Origin: a virus | Direction: 5' to 3' (one strand) | UHGV virus genome: UHGV-0361391 | DNA length: 10,689 bases | Shown: positions 1-6,118 of the stretch, piece by piece | Position numbering within the stretch: the first letter of the stretch is position 1 | Layout of the letters: each line of letters opens with the position of its first letter | Made by a program: the position numbers and the translations under genes | The notes under the pieces: generated by a model | What the model was told of the DNA's origin: nothing | What the model saw: the letters and a program-made list of their open reading frames with translations, nothing else | Database searches by the model: none

Positions 1-141
1 TCTGATGATATTTTTCCCTGAAGGCTGCCGGGGAGATATTCCCCAGACGAGAGTGACGACGCTGACGATTGTAGAAAATCTCAATGTATTCCCGTATTAC
101 TGAGATGGCTTCATCCCGGTTATTAAAACGATAGTGGCTCA
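1..141 (-). mobile_element. IS3-family insertion sequence fragment: 3' part of transposase orfB (C-terminal region, continues past window start), separated from the rest of the gene by the inserted element
   Basis: Minus-strand translation of 141->1 reads SHYRFNNRDEAISVIREYIEIFYNRQRRHSRLGNISPAAFREKYHQ, matching the conserved C-terminal region of IS3-family (IS150-like) transposases (YIEIFYNRQRRHS...SP..F). It is in frame with the fragment at 10549-10689 once the insert is removed. Confidence 0.8.
138..141. repeat. Left copy of CTCA direct repeat flanking the inserted element (putative target-site duplication; 5 bp CTCAT/CTCAG if one mismatch is allowed)
   Basis: CTCA at 138-141 and again at 10549-10552, immediately outside the inferred element termini. 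In the IS reading frame both copies sit in the same codon phase (cTG AGt / aTG AGc). Confidence 0.5.
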
Positions 142-330
142 TGTAACCAGGTGAATCATTTGATACCGACAAGGGTTTTAGTGAAAGGAGGTGAAATCAC
201 CTGTAAGATGCTGAAATAAAACAGGTGATGTATACTTCGGACGGAAAACTCTTTTTGATACCGACTGCTCAACAAATAGTCAAAAGATCAAAAAACGGCG
301 ACACATTTGATACTGCTAATTTACCCTTAA
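142..330. repeat. Left end (attL-like) with three putative transposase-binding repeats
   Basis: TTTGATACCGAC at 159-170 and 254-265, TTTGATACTGCT at 306-317; these lie 17, 112 and 164 bp from the inferred terminus, resembling the Mu L1/L2/L3 layout. The same motif occurs in inverted orientation at the right end. Confidence 0.6.
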
Positions 331-497
331 AATCTTCTTCAAAACATCTTCAAACTGCCAAAATGCTCACATAATCGATCTAACTATAATCAGTATGATA
401 ATCATCATGAATTACTATTCAATAGCGTGATTATCTTGGGATGAGTCATATGATCTCTATATGTATTTACAGCACCACCTCATGATAGCGATGGCGC

Positions 498-1109
498 TTA
501 ACCAACAACATTTTTCTTTACTGTCACTGCCCCTGATTCCTGGGTGGCGTTATTGCTCGAGTTGTACTTCTCAATAACGCGCAAAATCTCTTTGTCTGTT
601 TCTTCACTTCCCGCCATTCCTATCTTTATTGCATTTTTTAGTACGGGACGTAATGGCAAGGCATCAATGATGCTTTCTACCGCATCCTGGCTGATTGTAG
701 ATGTATTCATTGCTGCCAGCCTGACAAGGTTGTTAGTACCTTCTCGCCTGATGAATGTAAGGATTAATTGCTTCTCTTGGGGGCTTAGAGAGCTAAGCGC
801 CTGATCAATACCCGAACCTGAATCGCAATTTTTTTCGATTTTTCCGCATTCATCTTCGTTCTTGCCTGTGGCCAACCATTCGAGTGAACAATTACAGGCT
901 TTAGCTATTAAGGCCAGTTTATCCAAAGGAGGGAAGTTTTTCCCCTTCCTGTAATTTCTTACTGTGGCTTCAGATAGTCCACAAAGGGTCGCCAGTTCGA
1001 CGTTTGTCATGTTTCCCATAGCCATAGCTAAGCGTTCTGAAAATCGGTTTATTCCTTCCATATCAATAAACCGTTCCGCACTGGATACGGTTTTTTCTGC
1101 CTTATCCAT
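498..1109 (-). CDS. XRE-family helix-turn-helix transcriptional repressor (prophage immunity repressor candidate, Mu c position)
   Basis: 203-aa ORF with an N-terminal HTH_XRE-like segment (NMTNVELATLCGLSEATVRNYRKGKNFPPLDKLALIAKACNCSLEWL). It is transcribed toward the left end, divergent from ner, as Mu c is. RBS AGGGGG lies 4 nt upstream of the ATG. Confidence 0.8.
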   Translation of the reverse strand: MDKAEKTVSSAERFIDMEGINRFSERLAMAMGNMTNVELATLCGLSEATVRNYRKGKNFPPLDKLALIAKACNCSLEWLATGKNEDECGKIEKNCDSGSGIDQALSSLSPQEKQLILTFIRREGTNNLVRLAAMNTSTISQDAVESIIDALPLRPVLKNAIKIGMAGSEETDKEILRVIEKYNSSNNATQESGAVTVKKNVVG

Positions 1110-1265
1110 ATAACCCCCTATAAAACAAAGAAATTATCGACATCGCATTTAATTTCGATATGCTCGCAAAAAACCGTTGATATCGAATTATTTTGCGATT
1201 ATGATTTACCTAAATCGATAACCGGTTTTGATTATCGGTTCAGGTAAACATGAGAGGATCACACA
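1110..1265. promoter_or_regulatory. Divergent early control region between repressor and ner with repeated TATCGA/TCGATA operator-like half-sites
   Basis: Half-sites TATCGA (1135-1140), TCGATA (1155-1160), TATCGA (1182-1187), TCGATA (1215-1220) and TTATCGG (1232-1238) form dyads in the 156-bp intergenic region. The position corresponds to the Mu operator/enhancer region. Confidence 0.45.
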
Positions 1266-1532
1266 ATGAGGGTATCCAGACAAGCATCGAATAATTTGTT
1301 TGTTCGAGAGGGGTGTGACTGGTCTGCTAAAGCGGTATATGCAGCCCTTGAAAACAAAGGCACAGACCTCCCTGAACTGGAAAGGGAGTTAGGATTAAAA
1401 AGCGGATCAATGCGCAATGTGTTTTACCGCCAGTGCCGTAAATACGAAGCCGCCATCGCCGAAAAAATAGGGGTTGAACCTGCTGTAATCTGGCCCAGCA
1501 GATACCAGGTGGACGCCAGAGAAGTGGCTTGA
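1266..1532 (+). CDS. ner: Ner-like DNA-binding protein (Mu Ner / Nlp family)
   Basis: 88-aa ORF containing the conserved VIWPSRYQ motif shared by Mu Ner and E. coli Nlp. It is the first rightward gene after the repressor, with a GAGAGG RBS upstream. Confidence 0.85.
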   Translation: MRVSRQASNNLFVREGCDWSAKAVYAALENKGTDLPELERELGLKSGSMRNVFYRQCRKYEAAIAEKIGVEPAVIWPSRYQVDAREVA

Positions 1533-1542
1533 TGGGGGATGT

Positions 1543-2967
1543 ATGTGGGTAACAGCAAAAGAATGTGTTGGTCTTCCTGATTTACCAATGATGGAACATA
1601 ACATTCGCCATCGACTCACAAAAGCAGCTGCGGGAAATGCAGCCATGTTACGCAAACGTAAGGGGACAAAAGCAATCGAATTTAATATCGATTGTTTGCC
1701 TTCTGGCGCGCAACAAGTATTGCGTGAACGTTATGCCCTTCAACTGATGACGCAAAAAGCTGATGAATCACCGGCTCCGGTGGTGACAAAGGCCAGACGC
1801 TCATCTGCCGTGGTTGATGCGGTGGAGGCATATCGCGGATCACCACAACTGATGCTCGAACGCCTCAATGCCCTGACTGAAAACCAGCGCCAGGTGGCTG
1901 ATGCACGAATCGCGATCGTCAGCGAAGTTCTGAAAGTCGCGCAACAACCTGGTTTCAGCTGTGCGAAGGCTATCCGGTTTATCGTTGACAACCTGGCACG
2001 TTCGCAACTGAACGAGCGCATTGTGGCAATGGTTGAGACGGCGAACGCCAAAAAGGGAAACAGCCGTGCGTTGAGTGAAATCACGCTGAAACGCTGGATT
2101 GCAGCCTTTAACAAGGCGCAGAACGCCGCTGAACGCCTGCTTTTGCTGGCACCTGGTAAGCGCCAGGAAATAAAAGCCGAAGATATTAACTGGCTGCCCG
2201 AATTTCTGGCGCAGTATCGCCAGTCAAACGGCCGACCAATGACCGAGGCTTACGAGGATTTTGTCGCTGAATGGCAGTACCGGCACGCTGATGAGCCTTA
2301 TATGCTCGATATCATGCCGTCTTATGACACCATTCGCCGCGCAATGAAGAAACTGCCGGAAGTGGTGAAACAAAAAGGCCGGGTGACCGGCAGTGAATAC
2401 CGCCAGCTTGAGGGATTCACGCGCCGCGACTGGTCCAGAATGCCGGTGAATTATGTCTGGATTGGTGGCTCCGGGGATGCACAGATGGTCAGCAATATGT
2501 TTGTGGCAAAAACCGGCTCTGTCGGTGCACAGGCGGATTACAGTGGCCCGGCCTGGTATCTGCTCGACTGCTCCCGCGCGGTAAAACCGCTGATTTACCA
2601 GGATCGCCGCAAGGCCGAACTGGTTGCCCAGACAAAAGTCGATGAAGGCCGTGCGTTTACTGATAACGAGTTTGTGTTCGGTGCTTCCGCCCGTCGCAAT
2701 GTGGGCTACGGCTTCTGGCAGATGGCCTACATGATGCAGTCACCGCTGACGCTGGATGCGCTGTGGCACGGCTGGTCAGCCATGCGTGACTTTAAGGCTG
2801 ACGGTGGCCGCAAACTCGGCATCAAACCCACCCATATTGTTGTCCCCACTTCGCTGGAAAAACAGGCGGTGCAGCTGCTGGAGCGCGAGCTGTTCGCGGA
2901 CGGTAACGCCACAGTCTCTAACGAGATGAAGGGCAAGCTGGAGCTGGTTGTCGCGGATTATCTGTAA
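1543..2967 (+). CDS. Chimeric ORF: Mu transposase A-like N-terminal DNA-binding region (about aa 1-310) fused in frame to a Mu gpT-like major head subunit C-terminal region; transposase catalytic core absent
   Basis: The N-terminus MWVTAKECVGLPDLP...GTKAIEFNIDCLP parallels MuA MELWVSPKECANLPGLP...GKAIEYNANSLP (domain I-alpha), and similarity continues to about NYVWIGGSGD (compare MuA QWINGDGY around D269). The remainder (WYLLDCSRAVKPLIYQ...RRNVGYGFWQMAYMM...IVVPTSLEKQAVQLL) does not resemble the MuA core and sits immediately upstream of the DUF1320 gene, where Mu encodes T. Confidence 0.6.
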   Translation: MWVTAKECVGLPDLPMMEHNIRHRLTKAAAGNAAMLRKRKGTKAIEFNIDCLPSGAQQVLRERYALQLMTQKADESPAPVVTKARRSSAVVDAVEAYRGSPQLMLERLNALTENQRQVADARIAIVSEVLKVAQQPGFSCAKAIRFIVDNLARSQLNERIVAMVETANAKKGNSRALSEITLKRWIAAFNKAQNAAERLLLLAPGKRQEIKAEDINWLPEFLAQYRQSNGRPMTEAYEDFVAEWQYRHADEPYMLDIMPSYDTIRRAMKKLPEVVKQKGRVTGSEYRQLEGFTRRDWSRMPVNYVWIGGSGDAQMVSNMFVAKTGSVGAQADYSGPAWYLLDCSRAVKPLIYQDRRKAELVAQTKVDEGRAFTDNEFVFGASARRNVGYGFWQMAYMMQSPLTLDALWHGWSAMRDFKADGGRKLGIKPTHIVVPTSLEKQAVQLLERELFADGNATVSNEMKGKLELVVADYL

Positions 2968-3010
2968 ACGGTGAGCCGGGCTTACGGCCCGGCCCCTGCG
3001 GAGGGCAAAT

Positions 3011-3370
3011 ATGAATGAACATCACACTGTGGCAGCAACAGATGATTCAGGCCTTCAGGTCAGTGGTGACAGTCCTGTCACGGTACTGGCAGAAGTGCGT
3101 TGCAGTCGTACGCATTTTCGTCGTGCGGGGTTCCTGTTCATGCGGGGACGCCAGCAGGTTGACGTCACCCCGGAGCAGCTTGCCCGACTGGAAGCGGAGC
3201 CATGCCTCACTGTACGAATACTACAGACGCCTGGTGATGATGCGGGAGCCGTGGCGGGTGTGGTTCATGCAGAGACCGGTGCAGATTTAGCCGAAGCCGA
3301 AACCGTACAGGATGCTCCCCGGAAAAAGACCGGCAATAACGCCAGACAGGCGAAAAAGGCGCGCGCATGA
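3011..3370 (+). CDS. Hypothetical small Mu-like head-region protein (position of Mu gp35)
   Basis: 119-aa ORF with GGAGGG RBS, translationally coupled (ATGA overlap) to the downstream DUF1320 gene. Assignment is by position only. Confidence 0.5.
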   Translation: MNEHHTVAATDDSGLQVSGDSPVTVLAEVRCSRTHFRRAGFLFMRGRQQVDVTPEQLARLEAEPCLTVRILQTPGDDAGAVAGVVHAETGADLAEAETVQDAPRKKTGNNARQAKKARA

Positions 3371-3786
3371 ATTACGCCACCGAAACCGATATGCGGGCAC
3401 GTTACCGCGAGGATTTGCTCAGGCCATTACTGGCCGTGCCCCGTTCGGATGAACCGGACACGCGCAAGCTGAACCGGGCACTGACGGACGCGTCTGCCCT
3501 TATCGACAGCTATCTGTCTTCCCGTTACACGCTGCCGCTGGCGGTGGTTCCGGCAGTTCTTGTTCAGCACTGCTGCACGATTGCCTTTTATTACCTGTGC
3601 GATCAGCGGGCATCCGATCAGGCGCGTGACCGTTACCGTGAGGCGCTGGCATGGCTGAAAGATGTCATGAACGGTAACGTGCCGGTCGGCGTGGATACCG
3701 ACGGTGCGGCCCCTGAATCCGGGGACTTACCGCAGGTACAGTCTGATGTGGCGGTGTTCGGGCGCAACCAGAAGGGCTTTATATGA
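3367..3786 (+). CDS. DUF1320-family phage protein (Mu gp36-like)
   Basis: 139-aa ORF with the typical DUF1320 pattern (N-terminal M.Y.T..DM.ARY, central LPL..VP..L, C-terminal ..GF) and typical size. Start overlaps the upstream stop. Confidence 0.75.
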   Translation: MNYATETDMRARYREDLLRPLLAVPRSDEPDTRKLNRALTDASALIDSYLSSRYTLPLAVVPAVLVQHCCTIAFYYLCDQRASDQARDRYREALAWLKDVMNGNVPVGVDTDGAAPESGDLPQVQSDVAVFGRNQKGFI

Positions 3787-4347
3787 TTACGGAAACCGAA
3801 CAGGCATATATCACCCGTATTCGTGAGTATTTCGGGAATGAACTGGTGTCTGTTGACACACATCCCGGCGACTGGAGCGACAGCGTGCTGCGCACCATGC
3901 TGATTAACGCCCCGGCTATCCTGGACGGGTAAACAGCTGCTTGCCGAGCGTTTCCCTGACACGTCGCGCCTGCTGCTGGAAGACTGGGAGCGTTATCTCG
4001 GGCTTCCCGAGTGTGATATGGCCGGAGCCACCCTCACGGAGCGACAGCGTTATGCCGGCAATAAATACCGGATGAAGCCCTCGCTGAACCGTGAATTTTA
4101 TATCCGGTTTGCGGCGGAGTTTGGTTATCAGATTGACATTCAGCCCTCACCGGATTCGCAGTGGGTCAGTATTGTCACGATTAACAGTGAAACCGGCTAC
4201 CGGAATATGAATGTGCTGGATGATATTCTCACGCCGCTGCGTATTTATGAAGGCAGTGCGCTGGAATGTATTCTGAACCGTTATAAGCCTGCATGGCAGA
4301 CGTTTATTTACGTTTATGCAAACAGCCATGAAGAGGAGACTATTTAA
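3783..4347 (+). pseudogene. DUF2313-family phage tail protein (Mu gp48-like), disrupted by a +1 frameshift near 3928-3930
   Basis: Frame 0 gives MITETEQ...INAPAILDG then a stop at 3930-3932; frame +1, open from 3904, continues KQLLAERFPDTSRLLLEDWERYLGLPE... to 4347 and carries the conserved DUF2313 FPDT...L..WER.LGLP motif. Removing one G from the GGG run would give a single ~188-aa protein. Confidence 0.65.
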
Positions 4348-5258
4348 TGTTTCATGTTGATAATAATTCCGGCGTGGCGAATATGCCTGCGCTGGCACCG
4401 GCGCAGAGTAATACCACCACCTGGTTTACCGAAGGTGACGGACAAAAAGGTATCAGCTGGATTGGTCAGGACTGGCTGAATATTCTCCAGGCCGAACTGC
4501 TGAATATTCTGGCTGAAGCCAGTATTCAGCCGGATAAGGCGCAGTTAAACCAGCTTACGCTGTCCATTAAAGCCATTATCGCTGCGAATGCCTTTTCCCG
4601 GAAAAATAACCTGAAAGAAATTGCTGATGCCGGTGCGGAGGCCCAGCGTCTGGCCCGTGGTTATCTTGGTCTGGGGACGCTTGCCACAAAAAACAGTCTT
4701 GGTCCCGGTGACGTTAATGCCCTGGCGAAGGATCAGAATCTCGCCGACCTGGAGAATAAGGGAACCGCCCGTAATAATCTGGATGTTTACAGCAAAAGCG
4801 AAGGTGATAACCGTTACCTGCGCAGGGAGCAGAACGGCGCAGACATTCCGGATAAAGGGGCTTTTATCGATAACGTCGGTTTACGGGAAACGGTGAATAA
4901 GGCGGCGAATGCTCTGCCATCGGACGGCACCGCCGTTGCCGCGAATAAACTCTCCACCCCAAGAAATATTAATGGCGTTCCTTTTGACGGGACGCAGGAC
5001 ATATACATTACCTCCGGTATGACTGAAGCTACTGCTGATAACAAATACGTTAGCAACGTTCAGCTTGGTGCCCAGAGTTACCATTCACCCGGAGGTAATG
5101 AAATGTCCTGGAGTTATGGTGCACCTTCTGGTTGTATGCTTTCAGGTATTAACGTGCAGGATACCGGGAAAAGTTCAGCCGATAATATCGGAGGCGTTTA
5201 TTACCGTCCGGTGCAGATATATATCGGTAATGCCTGGCGCACAGTTTCATCCGTCTGA
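4347..5258 (+). CDS. Phage tail fibre protein (Mu S / Stf-like)
   Basis: 303-aa ORF with the conserved tail-fibre N-terminus MFHVDNNSGVANMP...WLN.LQAE shared by Mu S and E. coli Stf proteins. GAGGAG RBS; TAATG overlap with the upstream DUF2313 gene. Confidence 0.85.
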   Translation: MFHVDNNSGVANMPALAPAQSNTTTWFTEGDGQKGISWIGQDWLNILQAELLNILAEASIQPDKAQLNQLTLSIKAIIAANAFSRKNNLKEIADAGAEAQRLARGYLGLGTLATKNSLGPGDVNALAKDQNLADLENKGTARNNLDVYSKSEGDNRYLRREQNGADIPDKGAFIDNVGLRETVNKAANALPSDGTAVAANKLSTPRNINGVPFDGTQDIYITSGMTEATADNKYVSNVQLGAQSYHSPGGNEMSWSYGAPSGCMLSGINVQDTGKSSADNIGGVYYRPVQIYIGNAWRTVSSV

Positions 5259-5266
5259 TTAAAGGA

Positions 5267-5289
5267 AAAGGGTGCGATAAGCACCCTTT
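5267..5289. terminator. Perfect hairpin between convergent tail fibre and tail-fibre assembly genes (likely bidirectional terminator)
   Basis: AAAGGGTGC-gataa-GCACCCTTT: 9-bp perfect stem with a 5-nt loop, flanked by A/T-rich sequence on both sides, between the stop at 5256-5258 and the minus-strand stop at 5293-5295. Confidence 0.55.
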
Positions 5290-5292
5290 ATG

Positions 5293-5865
5293 TTATTCAG
5301 GCTTCTCCGGCCATTTAATGGCGTCAAATTCAGCTTTGTTTTTAATCGCTGGTAGTTCCATTTTTTTCACCTGACTGATGTATTTCATCCATCGTGTAAG
5401 CGCAGCTCTGTTTTCATCACTAATCGTGCCCAGCTGTAACTCAGTTCTCCAGTCATTAATCTTTTCATATGCCTGATTAAGATATGACTGGCGCAGTGCT
5501 TCCGCTTTTTTGGTATAGTTAACCGGGAGTTGTGAGATGACACCATTATCAAACTTCCAGTTACCTGAAATATCAGTACCTTCAGGTAATTCGTCTGTCT
5601 CAACAACGGAAAAACCCGCAGGATACAGCGCCGAAGCATCCTGTGATATTGAGCAGATAACACCGCTGTCAGGGGTTATGCAAAGTTTATATTTTTTGGT
5701 GAATAATGGCAGGGACTCATAGAAATCCTTACCATCTTCACTTTGAAAATACTGTACATCATTACCAAAGGGTTTTTGTTCCGGGTAATATCGTTTAACA
5801 TTAATCAGTTGCATAAACATCACCATGTAAATCAATGATAAAAACAGGAATAATAATATCGCCAT
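5293..5865 (-). CDS. Tail fibre assembly protein (Tfa / Mu U-like); true start probably the internal ATG near 5814
   Basis: Conserved Tfa features: DASALYPAGFSVVE, ISDENRAALTRWMKYISQV, C-terminal WPEKPE. The first 17 residues of the longest ORF are hydrophobic and likely not translated; MQLINVKRYY looks like the real N-terminus. Confidence 0.85.
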   Translation of the reverse strand: MAILLFLFLSLIYMVMFMQLINVKRYYPEQKPFGNDVQYFQSEDGKDFYESLPLFTKKYKLCITPDSGVICSISQDASALYPAGFSVVETDELPEGTDISGNWKFDNGVISQLPVNYTKKAEALRQSYLNQAYEKINDWRTELQLGTISDENRAALTRWMKYISQVKKMELPAIKNKAEFDAIKWPEKPE

Positions 5866-6118
5866 ATACAGGCAAGGGGTTTCTGAAATAACGCATATTT
5901 TCAGATGCTGACCGCAGCGTCATGAATCGTTAAATCAATTATAAGCCGGTAATATGCGGTTATCGTATTGGCCTGTCCATCCTTTGTCGTTATGTTCCTG
6001 CCTAACCGGCTCCGTCACAAAAAGTACCGTGATGCTTTTTTTGAATTTCCGCAAAACACATATTTATCAGCGGTTGTTATTCTGACTCTGTTTAATTCAG
6101 AAACAGGCAGAAAAGACG

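Noticed and set aside
544-804. 86-aa plus-strand ORF inside the repressor gene
   Set aside because: Lies entirely antisense within the well-supported XRE repressor ORF, has no RBS and gives a low-complexity hydrophobic translation; treated as a chance ORF.
1407-2936. Minus-strand ORFs 1407-1655, 1740-2114 and 2727-2936 overlapping ner and the transposase-capsid ORF
   Set aside because: All are antisense to ORFs with recognisable family motifs and have Cys/Ser/Arg-rich translations typical of reverse frames of GC-rich coding sequence.
2968-3010. GC-rich hairpin (GCCGGGC-ttacg-GCCCGGC) after the chimeric ORF, considered as a terminator
   Set aside because: No U-tract follows it and the next gene starts about 20 bp downstream with its own RBS; more likely an mRNA structural element than a terminator.
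3015-3290. Alternative 91-aa ORF overlapping the 119-aa ORF in another frame
   Set aside because: The 3011-3370 frame is translationally coupled to the DUF1320 gene (ATGA overlap) and has the better RBS; the alternative frame is Cys/Arg/Trp-rich and ends inside the gene.
3633-5084. Antisense and out-of-frame ORFs 3633-3962, 4147-4398, 4621-4896, 4814-5056, 4881-5084 and 5065-5262
   Set aside because: All overlap the DUF1320, DUF2313 or tail fibre ORFs and lack independent support.
5385-5722. ORFs 5385-5663 (minus) and 5537-5722 (plus) inside the tail-fibre assembly gene
   Set aside because: Out of frame or antisense to a gene with clear Tfa motifs.
5866-6118. Possible gix/pix-like recombination site for a Gin/Pin invertase (GGGTTTCTGAAATAA)
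   Set aside because: Only a loose resemblance to the Mu gix half-site and no partner site in inverted orientation, so not called as a feature.
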